Shown: positions 21,102-29,672 of the stretch, piece by piece
How the letters are laid out: the number at the start of each line of letters is the position of its first letter
How positions within the stretch are numbered: position 1 is the first letter of the stretch
Origin: Blastocatellia bacterium
GTDB lineage: Bacteria > Acidobacteriota > Blastocatellia > HR10
NCBI GenBank assembly: GCA_035573895.1
Contig: DATLZR010000105.1
Coordinates: 4,779 to 68,778 of the forward strand
DNA length: 64,000 bases
Direction: 5' to 3'
Position numbers and translations under genes: made by a program
The notes under the pieces: generated by a model
What the model was told of the DNA's origin: nothing
Seen by the model: only the letters and a program-made list of their open reading frames with translations
Database searches by the model: none

Positions 21102-21247
21102 ACGGTGGGTGCTCGGGGGCCCGATTCCTGATTCTCCTGATGCCGGGAATTGCAAACCATACCCGCCTATGCATGGAAGACGCGCCGCCGGTCGCATGGC
21201 AGTCTCGCGGAGAGAGAAATTCAGGCTGAAAGAATTGCTCACAGAGA

Positions 21248-22060
21248 GTGAATATGACGACACCGATTGAAACAGTTCCCTCGCTGGCGGAAGAGGTGGC
21301 TGCTGCCATCAAGGAGCTGTATGCGAAGGTGCAGAATCTGGTCACCGAGGATGACGAACCCGTGGATAATCTCTACTCGGAGAAGCAACAGCGTCTGTTG
21401 ACCGAGCCACTCTATAGCTCGTGGGCGGGGCCTGAGCCGGAGGTCGAAGGAGGTCAGCGGCGCCCGTTTCTCGTCTCGGCGAACGTGGGTTTGTTCTTCT
21501 CGATCAATGAGCCGCCACTTGTGCCCGATGTCTTTCTCAGCCTGGATGTGACGATCCCTGAGGACTGGCATGAGAAACACCGCCGCACCTACTTTTTCTG
21601 GGAGTTCGGCAAGCCGCCTGACGTGGTGATTGAAGTCGTCTCCAATCAGAAGGGGAATGAGCTGGGCAGCAAGCGGCTCAGCTATGCGCGGATCGGCATC
21701 CCCTATTACATCGTGTATGATCCGGCCCGGCAGTTGAGCGAGCAGGTCCTGCATATCTTCCAGCGCAACGGGACTGAGTACGTGGCGCGGACCGATCCCT
21801 ATTTCAAGGCAGTGGGGTTGGGGGTAACCCTCTGGGAGGGAGTCTTCGAGGGCGTTCGGGATACATGGCTACGTTGGTGTGATAGTAGAGGAGAGGTTAT
21901 CCCTACAGGAGCCGAACGTGCGCAGCGAGAAGCCGAGCGCGCCCAGCGAGAAGCCGAACGCGCGCAGCGAGAAGCTGAGCGCGCCCAGCGGGAGGCTGAA
22001 CGCGCAGACCGACTGGCCGCCAAACTGCGGGAGCTGGGCATTGATCCCGACACGATCTGA
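21248..22060 (+). CDS. Uma2-family (DUF820) putative restriction-endonuclease-like protein with a C-terminal heptad repeat tail
   Basis: Uma2 core (LYSEKQQRLLTEPLY ... PDVVIEVVSNQKGNELGSKRLSYARIGIPYYIVYDPARQ) followed by AERAQRE x5. Confidence 0.75.
   Translation: MNMTTPIETVPSLAEEVAAAIKELYAKVQNLVTEDDEPVDNLYSEKQQRLLTEPLYSSWAGPEPEVEGGQRRPFLVSANVGLFFSINEPPLVPDVFLSLDVTIPEDWHEKHRRTYFFWEFGKPPDVVIEVVSNQKGNELGSKRLSYARIGIPYYIVYDPARQLSEQVLHIFQRNGTEYVARTDPYFKAVGLGVTLWEGVFEGVRDTWLRWCDSRGEVIPTGAERAQREAERAQREAERAQREAERAQREAERADRLAAKLRELGIDPDTI
21911..22010 (+). repeat. Imperfect 21-bp tandem repeat (~4.7 copies) inside the Uma2 CDS encoding (AERAQRE)n
   Basis: Units: gccgaacgtgcgcagcgagaa / gccgagcgcgcccagcgagaa / gccgaacgcgcgcagcgagaa / gctgagcgcgcccagcgggag / a partial fifth. 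Differences are mostly synonymous. Confidence 0.85.
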
Positions 22061-22379
22061 AAAGATCCGAAATCATCTGCTGGCGGCTCGACCGCACGGC
22101 GGTTTTGACTGACTGGAGATGACTTCTTCGGCATACGAGCACGCTCGACATCATTCTTCTCCTGATGGCCTGATGAATGCTCATCGGAGGGGGCTTTCGT
22201 TTTCATCTGCAACCGGCCTTCCCCCGGTCATTCCTGGTTCGATTCGGAGGTATTATTCGTGGCGCGAACGTTGCCATCCCGAAACAATGTAAATGGAACG
22301 CGGACCGTAGATGAACTCGGCGGGACGCGGAGATAAGGCAATGCGTGTCCGAATATGGTGACTTTTGGAGGGGAGAATC

Positions 22380-22829
22380 ATGAAGGCGACGGATCGTATT
22401 CCTGTGGGTGCGAGTGCGACCAAGTCGTGGGTTGTGACAAAAGAATTGACCATTGCCCGTCGAGATGACCGATTACCACCTGTGTTTGCTACGCCGATGA
22501 TGATTTATCTCATGGAAATTGCCTCAGCAGAAGCGATTCAATCTTACCTGCCAGAAGGATGGTTATCGGTTGGTGTGCTCGTGAACGTCAAGCATCTGGC
22601 CCCGACGCCGGTTGGAGCAACTGTCACAGCGCGCGCAGAGGTCATCGCCGTCACCGATTCATCGGTCACGTTCGCTGTCGAAGCCTATGACGGGGTGGAA
22701 AAGATCGGCGAAGGAACCCACGTCCGCGTGCCGGTTGAGCTGGAACGCTTTCTCAAGCGGGTGAGGAGCAAGACGACTCCGCCGACCCTGCTCGAACCGG
22801 GAGGCAATTGCTCCGCACAGATGCAATGA
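22380..22829 (+). CDS. Hotdog-fold thioesterase superfamily protein
   Basis: ~150 aa. Typical hotdog thioesterase layout (…PVFATPMMIYLMEIASAEAI…HLAPTPVGATVTARAEVI…). GGAGGGGAG RBS before the ATG at 22380. Confidence 0.65.
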   Translation: MKATDRIPVGASATKSWVVTKELTIARRDDRLPPVFATPMMIYLMEIASAEAIQSYLPEGWLSVGVLVNVKHLAPTPVGATVTARAEVIAVTDSSVTFAVEAYDGVEKIGEGTHVRVPVELERFLKRVRSKTTPPTLLEPGGNCSAQMQ

Positions 22830-23028
22830 GAGAATGAAAGAGAAAGGAGACGCAGCCGAGCAGGTGATGGATCAAGCCCCCTAAGCGGCCTCCCTTTTGC
22901 TGTCCAAGGGGAGCGCTGCGGAAAGGGCGAAATACGAAGAGGTTCCCCTTTTCGGAGCGATCATCGGATGCTCGGTGTCTTAACTTAACGTGATTTCTCA
23001 ATCCTGTGGTGTAAATGGGAAAATCTGC

Positions 23029-23057
23029 TTGACACTCGGGTGGCAAGCTCATACAAT
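23029..23057 (+). promoter_or_regulatory. Near-consensus sigma70-type promoter (TTGACA-17-TACAAT)
   Basis: TTGACA at 23029-23034, 17-nt spacer, TACAAT at 23052-23057. It lies upstream of the FecR-like gene and inside the six-frame ORF start at 23040. Confidence 0.5.
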
Positions 23058-23129
23058 CTTGGCCGTGTACATGACGATAATTTGAGGCGCTCCGTCTATG
23101 GGTGTCGGCTGAGACAGGCGGATGATTCT

Positions 23130-24110
23130 ATGGCGCTACATGTGGTTGCGGAAGCGACAGCTCGATCAGCACAACAGGGAGATGACGGCGGGGCTCAAAC
23201 GATAGGCTGGAGCGGCCTCCTCTTTATGGTCGGGCGATGGATTCTCCTGGGACTTTTGGTGATGATGAATCTTCTCCCCGCTCGCGGTAACCAGGGCTCA
23301 GGGGTGAGGTCGGGCCTCACCGGTCGAGTTCCGGTGGGGGAACTCATCCTGATCGGCGATGGAGAGGTCAGGATCAACGGCTGGCGGGCTACCTGGGGGA
23401 GCACGGTGTTCGAGGGAAGCGAGATTGTGACGACATCGAGCGTGGCTTTTGTGAAACTCATGAATGGGGCCGGAGCCATCGTGATTGAACCCTCGAGCCA
23501 GGTGAAAATCTCTCGTCGAGTAGCGACACCGGTCGTGCGGGTCATACGAGGGAAAGTAATGGTTCGCAGTCAGGAGCCCTTTGAGCTGGAGACACCGGAC
23601 CGGACGATTCGCTCGATGGGAGAGGAGCTTTATTCGGTTGTTGTCTCGGAGAAGCGGGTGCGGGTGGAATCGGCCAGGCCTTCGCAGACGCTTTCCGTCG
23701 GCCGTGTGCTGGCCATGGCGGCGCCAGCCGTTGCGGGAGCGGCTCTGATTCAGGCCGCATTGGGCTCGCATCCTGCGCCAGCCATTCGCCGGGCCACCAG
23801 TGAAGAGCAACAACGAGTGGTTATCGAGTGTCGGACAGAGAAACTTCCCGGTCTGGGATTGCGCGTGGTTGGGAAGGTGCACCGTGGGTTTGTTCCTGTA
23901 GCGGGAGCACCGGTCATTATCCGGGTGATGTTCCGCAGTCAGCTCATGATGCCGCTGGTCTCGCATGTTTTGACCGGGACAAGCGGGCCCCATCGCGGGT
24001 TCTTTCAAACGGTTCAGGCGGCGACGCAAACCGATTTAAGTCGAGGTGGCGTCGTCGAAGTGGTGACCCAGGTGGATCATGAGCTGGCTCATAACCGATG
24101 TCTCTTTTAG
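23130..24110 (+). CDS. FecR-like single-pass membrane protein (putative anti-sigma / signal-transduction protein)
   Basis: A short cytoplasmic N-terminus, TM helix WSGLLFMVGRWILLGLLVMMNLL, then a periplasmic region resembling a FecR domain (GELILIGDGEVRINGWRATWGSTVFEGSEIVTTSSVAFVKL). Start moved to the ATG at 23130, downstream of the promoter. Confidence 0.45.
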   Translation: MALHVVAEATARSAQQGDDGGAQTIGWSGLLFMVGRWILLGLLVMMNLLPARGNQGSGVRSGLTGRVPVGELILIGDGEVRINGWRATWGSTVFEGSEIVTTSSVAFVKLMNGAGAIVIEPSSQVKISRRVATPVVRVIRGKVMVRSQEPFELETPDRTIRSMGEELYSVVVSEKRVRVESARPSQTLSVGRVLAMAAPAVAGAALIQAALGSHPAPAIRRATSEEQQRVVIECRTEKLPGLGLRVVGKVHRGFVPVAGAPVIIRVMFRSQLMMPLVSHVLTGTSGPHRGFFQTVQAATQTDLSRGGVVEVVTQVDHELAHNRCLF

Positions 24111-24171
24111 GTAGAGTCACTACTGCCGATAACTCATCGGGAGCGTGCCGACGACTCGGCAAGGAGGGACG

Positions 24172-25185
24172 ATGATGACAGCAAAGACAATCGGCCTCCC
24201 TCTCACGCTGGTCCTGGTGCTGACTTTGGGGGTCCCGGGACAGAATCAGAATCCCCCTTCGCAGCAATCCCGTCCCGCCACGGAGAATCCGGATGCCCCT
24301 CGATCCTCAGGGCCCGCCGAATCCGAGGAAGATTATATTATCGGGCCGGAAGATTTGCTGGAGATTCGCGTCTTCGAGCAGCCGGATTTGAGTGGTGAGG
24401 TTCGCGTCTCGGCCCGGGGATTCATTCGTGTGCTACCGTTTCCCGATCCGATCAAAGCGGCGGGACTCACCGAGCTGCAACTGGCCGATCTCATTCGTGA
24501 AAAGCTGACGACGCTTTTGCGTAATCCCCAGGTGGTGGTCCGGGTGAAGGAATCACGGAGCCGCTTCGTCGCCGTCATCGGAGCCGTGCGGAAGCCCGAT
24601 CGGTATGAAGTGGTTCGGGGAATGCGGTTACTCAATCTGCTGGCGGCAGCCGGAGGTCTCACGGAAAATGCCGGCCATACGGTGCACATCATCCGCACGG
24701 GAGGCATGATGCCAGCCGATGTCATAACTTCAAACGAAGGCCCCACCCCTACAGTTGATGTTGTTGATCTCCGCCAACTGATGAGTGGTCAGATCGAGGC
24801 GGTCAATGTCATCGTTCGTCCCGGGGACATCGTGAGCATTCCCGAAGCCGATCAGATTTTCGTCACGGGGAATGTGACCACTCCGAGCGCCTTGCGCATC
24901 CGGGGCGATATGACGCTCACCAAAGCGATTGCCATGGCCGGCGGCTTAAAACCGCATACGCAGAAGAATAAGATCACCATCCTCCGTCCCATTCCCGGAA
25001 AAAGCGAGCGGGTGGAGATCGTCGTTGATCTGGAGAAGATCGAGAAGGATCATTCGCAGGATCCAGTTCTTCAGGCTAACGATGTGGTTTTCGTGCCGTC
25101 CTCCTCGGCACGCAATATCGGCATGGCGATGCTGAACGCCTTCAGCCTCGGCGCTGCTTCACAACTCATCTGGTTGTTGCGCTAG
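24172..25185 (+). CDS. Polysaccharide export protein (Wza/EpsA-like with Poly_export and SLBB domains)
   Basis: Signal peptide, then YIIGPEDLLEIRVFEQPDLSGEVRVSARGFI (Poly_export motif) and an SLBB repeat. AAGGAGGG RBS before ATGATG. Confidence 0.8.
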   Translation: MMTAKTIGLPLTLVLVLTLGVPGQNQNPPSQQSRPATENPDAPRSSGPAESEEDYIIGPEDLLEIRVFEQPDLSGEVRVSARGFIRVLPFPDPIKAAGLTELQLADLIREKLTTLLRNPQVVVRVKESRSRFVAVIGAVRKPDRYEVVRGMRLLNLLAAAGGLTENAGHTVHIIRTGGMMPADVITSNEGPTPTVDVVDLRQLMSGQIEAVNVIVRPGDIVSIPEADQIFVTGNVTTPSALRIRGDMTLTKAIAMAGGLKPHTQKNKITILRPIPGKSERVEIVVDLEKIEKDHSQDPVLQANDVVFVPSSSARNIGMAMLNAFSLGAASQLIWLLR

Positions 25186-25221
25186 AGATGATCCGAATCC
25201 GACAGGGAGGGAGAGAACTCA

Positions 25222-27507
25222 GTGCCTGATTCTGACGACAGACCCTATTTGCCTGCCACGCCCTCATCGGAGCCTCCGGCGGTGCCACCGGGGAACGTGG
25301 TGAAATTTTACCCGGCCAGTACCTTCTCCTCCCGGTCAAGCGAGTGGGGAGAGCGAGATGTTCATTTGCTCGATTACTGGCGGATCATCAAGAAGCGTCG
25401 GTGGATCGTGCTCGGTGTCGTCTTCATCATCGTGACCGTGGTGACCATTCGCATGTATCGGATGCCTTCGATCTACGAATCGAGTGGACGGATCATCATC
25501 AACCAGCAAACGCCGCTGCGACTGACGCGCGAGAAGGAAACGTCGCCCGAAGTGTACACCAACGATCTCCAGTACCTGGAGACGCAGCAGAACGTCTTGC
25601 GAAGCCGGGAGCTGGCCCGTCGCGTCATCGAGGAGCTGCACCTGGAGACCCACCCCGATTTTGCCGACATCGTCAGCCGACTCCCTGACCCCGAGCAGCG
25701 ACGAACGGAGATGATCAATCGGTTTCTGGCCAATCTCGATGTCCAGCTTGTGCGGAATACCCGGGTCGTCTCCGTCACCTACAGTGCGCACGATCCTGCG
25801 CTAGCGGCACAGGCCGTCAATGAGCTGTTTAATCAGTACATCAAGTACACGCTCGAATCGCGTTCGGAATCCACGCGTAGCGCCAGCGAATGGCTTAACG
25901 AGCAGATCACTGACCTGCGGAGCCGAATCGAACAGGCCCAGGAAGAGCTCGTCAAATACAGCCGGGAGAACGAAATCATCCAGTTAAACGAAAATCAGAC
26001 GATCACCGTCGAGCGCCTGGCAGACCTCAATCGGCGACTCGTCGAAGCGGAGACCGAACGCATTCGCGCTGAGACCCTTTATCGGTTGAGTCGGGAAGGG
26101 GCGGTTGATTCGCTCCCGCCGATTGTGGCCGATCCGACTGTTCAAAGTCTCAACAGCCGGCTGGCTGAACTCAGGCAGGAACTGGCTCAGTTGAATGTCG
26201 AGTATCAACCCACCCATCCCAAAGTCCAGCGCGTGCGTGAGCAAATCACCGAACTGGAGCAGCAGTTGGCGCAGGCCAAGCGGCGGATCCTGGGAAACAT
26301 CGAGGCCGAATATAAAGCCGCCGTCCGGCGCGAACGCGACCTGCGCCGGGCCCTCGAAGAGCAGCGGGCCGAGACGTTGAAGCAGAACGAGCGGGCCATC
26401 CAGTTGAGCCTCAAACAGCGGGAAGTGGCCGCCACGGCGCAGCTTTACGAAGGATTGCTGGAGAAGCTCAACGATGTGAAGCTGTTGTCCCGATTGACGA
26501 CGACGAACATTCAAATCCTCGACAAGGCCGAGATCCCCATGTTTCCCGCTCGCCCGCGCAAGCTCTTCAATATTGGATTGAGCCTGCTCATCGGACTGGT
26601 TGTTGGAATCGGCCTGGCGCTGTTCATCGAGTACCTGGACAACACGATCAAATCCGCTGAGGAGGTGGATCGTTTGCTCGGTCTACCGGTTCTCGGTGTT
26701 GTTCCGGCGCTGGAGACGCTGGAAAAGCGCGGGTTGCTGGCGCTGCCTCGGGTAGCCCGGTCGAGAACGGCCGATCGGCCGATTCTTATCACTGACCGCC
26801 AGCGATCGAGTTTCGCTGAGGCATTTCGAAGCCTGCGCACGTCAGTTTTATTGTCGCATGCCGAGCGTCCTCCTCGAACGATCCTGTTTACCTCATCGAG
26901 TCCGGGCGAGGGCAAGACGACGACGGCCATCAATACGGCGCTGTCGCTGGCGCAAACAGGAGCCCGCGTTCTGCTCGTTGACGGTGATCTGCGCAAGCCG
27001 GGTCTCCATAAAGCCCTTCGGGTGAAGAATCATCCCGGCTTATCGGCCTATCTGACACGTCCGGTCGAGCTGGACACGATCATCGTGGGAGAGACCGTAG
27101 CCAATCTCTCCGTCATCCCCTCGGGAGCCATTCCGCCTAATCCTTCGGAGCTGTTGGGCTCAACCAAAATGCGCGACCTCCTCAAACACCTGAGCGAGCG
27201 CTATGACTTCGTCATCCTCGATTCGCCTCCCGTGTCCACGCCCGATGCCCTCATATTGTCGGCGCTCGTTGATGGCGTGATCCTCGTCATTCGATCGGGT
27301 GACACACCGCGCGATCTCGTTCGACGAGCGACCCAGGCGCTCGAAGACGTCAACGCCAAGATTTTCGGCGTCGTGCTCAATCGAATTGATGCGAACCAGG
27401 ACGGCTACTACTATTACTACTACCGCTCCTACTACGGCGAGAGCGATGAGACGCGGGCTCTCTCTGACGGTGACGACGGACCGGAGGGACCGACGAGCCA
27501 GTCATGA
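25222..27507 (+). CDS. Polysaccharide co-polymerase / BY-tyrosine autokinase (Wzc-like)
   Basis: Two TM segments flank a long coiled-coil periplasmic domain. C-terminal kinase with Walker A SSSPGEGKTTTAINTA, the DxD motif, and a Tyr-rich tail DGYYYYYYRSYY. Confidence 0.85.
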   Translation: MPDSDDRPYLPATPSSEPPAVPPGNVVKFYPASTFSSRSSEWGERDVHLLDYWRIIKKRRWIVLGVVFIIVTVVTIRMYRMPSIYESSGRIIINQQTPLRLTREKETSPEVYTNDLQYLETQQNVLRSRELARRVIEELHLETHPDFADIVSRLPDPEQRRTEMINRFLANLDVQLVRNTRVVSVTYSAHDPALAAQAVNELFNQYIKYTLESRSESTRSASEWLNEQITDLRSRIEQAQEELVKYSRENEIIQLNENQTITVERLADLNRRLVEAETERIRAETLYRLSREGAVDSLPPIVADPTVQSLNSRLAELRQELAQLNVEYQPTHPKVQRVREQITELEQQLAQAKRRILGNIEAEYKAAVRRERDLRRALEEQRAETLKQNERAIQLSLKQREVAATAQLYEGLLEKLNDVKLLSRLTTTNIQILDKAEIPMFPARPRKLFNIGLSLLIGLVVGIGLALFIEYLDNTIKSAEEVDRLLGLPVLGVVPALETLEKRGLLALPRVARSRTADRPILITDRQRSSFAEAFRSLRTSVLLSHAERPPRTILFTSSSPGEGKTTTAINTALSLAQTGARVLLVDGDLRKPGLHKALRVKNHPGLSAYLTRPVELDTIIVGETVANLSVIPSGAIPPNPSELLGSTKMRDLLKHLSERYDFVILDSPPVSTPDALILSALVDGVILVIRSGDTPRDLVRRATQALEDVNAKIFGVVLNRIDANQDGYYYYYYRSYYGESDETRALSDGDDGPEGPTSQS

Positions 27508-28262
27508 TTGACGTGCATTGTCACATCTTGCCCGGGGTTGATGATGGGCCGAAGGCGTGCGACGAAGCGCTCGCCCTGGGCGAGCAGCTCATTGCCCAGG
27601 GCGTGACGACGGTGATCGCAACGCCGCACCATCTTCATCTACAGTTCCCGGAATGCCCGGAGGAGAAGCTGGCGGCCCTCCGAGAAGCGCTTCAGCAGGA
27701 ATTCGGTGGGCGCCTTCGCATTTGTCCCGGAGCTGAAGTGCGGTTCGTCCCGGAAGTGAAACGCCTGCTCCACCGGCGCGATCTCTTCCTCAACGGGAGT
27801 CGCTATTTGCTCGTCGAATTTCCTCACGATTTTGTCCCGCATGGGATCGAACATCTCGTGTTCGAGCTGACCAGTCGCGGAGTCGTTCCCCTCATCGCCC
27901 ACCCGGAACGCAATCGGCAGTTCAGGGAACGACCCGAACGACTGGCGGAGTTGATTCGCCTCGGCTGCTATACTCAGAGCGATGCCCCCAGCATTGTCGG
28001 GGACTACGGTCGCCGGATTAAAAAAACTGTCCTCGGCTGGATTGAACGGGGACTCGTCCACATCATTGCCTCCGACGCACATGGTGTGAGGTTTCGACCG
28101 GCGAAACTCGATCAGGCTGTCGCAGAGGTTGAAAAGATCTTCGGGACAGATGTGGCTCGTGCACTCTTTCGAGATAACCCACAGGCTGTCATTGATGACG
28201 GTGAAATTGCGTTTACGTTCGAGGTAACTCAAGCGAGATCGTTCCTGCGCTCGTTCGCGTGA
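27504..28262 (+). CDS. PHP-family protein-tyrosine phosphatase (CpsB/YwqE-like)
   Basis: MIDVHCHILPGVDDGP...ATPHH... metal-binding motifs. ATGA overlap with the Wzc-like gene. Confidence 0.8.
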   Translation: MIDVHCHILPGVDDGPKACDEALALGEQLIAQGVTTVIATPHHLHLQFPECPEEKLAALREALQQEFGGRLRICPGAEVRFVPEVKRLLHRRDLFLNGSRYLLVEFPHDFVPHGIEHLVFELTSRGVVPLIAHPERNRQFRERPERLAELIRLGCYTQSDAPSIVGDYGRRIKKTVLGWIERGLVHIIASDAHGVRFRPAKLDQAVAEVEKIFGTDVARALFRDNPQAVIDDGEIAFTFEVTQARSFLRSFA

Positions 28263-28289
28263 ACTGCGCGTGTTCGTGTGAGTGTTGGA

Positions 28290-29672
28290 ATGGCTGAATC
28301 CGATGTGCGTGATGTCTACCTGCGTCTGGACCGGCCTGAGGTGAGGGTCGGTCTGGTCGTGGTTGCGCTGGTTGCGGCGGGTGCGACCCTGCTGTGGGTT
28401 CGGGCGGGGCACCGTGTAGTCCAGCTCTCCTCGGCACTGGACGGGGCCAATCTCACCGCAGCCCTGGAGTACGTTCCCGATCATCCTCTTGTTCATCGGC
28501 GGTTGGGATTGCTCTCCCTCTACGACCCCCTGACTCTGGAGCCTCTCCGGGCGGTGGATCATTTTCGCCGAGCCGCACGGGGAAATCCATTCGATTTCCA
28601 GTCGTGGATGTTGCTTGGTCAAGCGTTAGAAACCGCCGGACAAGGGGAAGCTGCCGAGCGGGCGTATCGCAAAGCCCTTGAGCGAGCACCTCGGTACTTT
28701 CTCCCGCGATGGCTCTACGCCAATTTCCTCCTCCGGCAAGGGGCAAATGCGCGCGCTCTCGCGGCGTTTGAGCAGGCGGTGGAAGCAAATCCGCCGGCTG
28801 CCGAAATTTTCTCCGACATGATCTGGCAATCAAGTTCCGCGGCCCCGCATGATCTCGTACAGGCTGCCCTCCGCCTTCGCTCTCCCGAGGCGCGGGAAAT
28901 CATCACCGGGTATCTCATCGCTCGCGGAGAGACCGATGAGGCGCTCCGGCTCTGGGAAAATCTCACGTGGGATGCGTCAGGGATGGAGAGACTGACCCGA
29001 TCGCTCGTCGCGGAGCTAATGCGCCAAAAGCAGTTCGGGCGCGCAGCTCGCGTCTGGCATGACGGGATGAAGCGAAAGGGGTATGCCGTGAGCGACGGCG
29101 ACGAGCGGTTCTGGAATGGCGGATTCGAGTACGGTCTTGCTCCCGTCACGTCTGAACCCGGGTTTGACTGGTGCGTCCGGAGCACATCGGACGTGAAAAC
29201 CGACATCGTCGAGTCAGGAGCATCGGCGGGACGACGGGCGCTCAAACTGACATTTCTTGCCCGGGAGCAGGTGACCTTTGCTGGGGTGTCCCACTCTCTC
29301 GCTCTATCACCGGCGACGGCCTATCGTCTTCGGTTCCGTTACAGGACAAAAGAGATGGTGGCACCGACAGGCCTTCTCGTCGAGATCGCCAGAGGATTCG
29401 GCGACGGTGCACTGTCTCTCCTGACGCGTTCTCGCCCGCTCGGCCCATCGGCCAACTGGGCGGAGGTTTGTCTTCCTTTTGAGACCCCGGCGACCGATGA
29501 CCTCATCACTGTGCGAATTGTGCGGCGACCGATAGGGCCATTGTATGATTACATCTCAGGCAGCGTGTGGTTCGACGAATTCACGGTGGAGCCCGTCTCC
29601 AGCGCCCATTCTGCCTGCGATGATCTCTCCGGTGAAGGGAGTCGTCTCGACCAGCGAGGTGACGTGCGGTGA
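28290..29672 (+). CDS. TPR-repeat membrane-anchored protein of unknown function
   Basis: N-terminal TM segment (VGLVVVALVAAGATLLWV), followed by TPR-like helical repeats (AYRKALERAPRYFL..., ANFLLRQGANARALAAFEQAVEANP). 28278 is an alternative start. Confidence 0.5.
   Translation: MAESDVRDVYLRLDRPEVRVGLVVVALVAAGATLLWVRAGHRVVQLSSALDGANLTAALEYVPDHPLVHRRLGLLSLYDPLTLEPLRAVDHFRRAARGNPFDFQSWMLLGQALETAGQGEAAERAYRKALERAPRYFLPRWLYANFLLRQGANARALAAFEQAVEANPPAAEIFSDMIWQSSSAAPHDLVQAALRLRSPEAREIITGYLIARGETDEALRLWENLTWDASGMERLTRSLVAELMRQKQFGRAARVWHDGMKRKGYAVSDGDERFWNGGFEYGLAPVTSEPGFDWCVRSTSDVKTDIVESGASAGRRALKLTFLAREQVTFAGVSHSLALSPATAYRLRFRYRTKEMVAPTGLLVEIARGFGDGALSLLTRSRPLGPSANWAEVCLPFETPATDDLITVRIVRRPIGPLYDYISGSVWFDEFTVEPVSSAHSACDDLSGEGSRLDQRGDVR

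Noticed and set aside
23040-23129. N-terminal 30 codons of the six-frame ORF 23040..24110
   Set aside because: The GTG start sits inside a TTGACA-17-TACAAT promoter, so it is not translated.
27639-28622. 327-aa minus-strand ORF antisense to the CpsB phosphatase and TPR genes
   Set aside because: No domain signal. It overlaps two well-supported, translationally coupled + strand genes, so it is a GC-driven shadow ORF.
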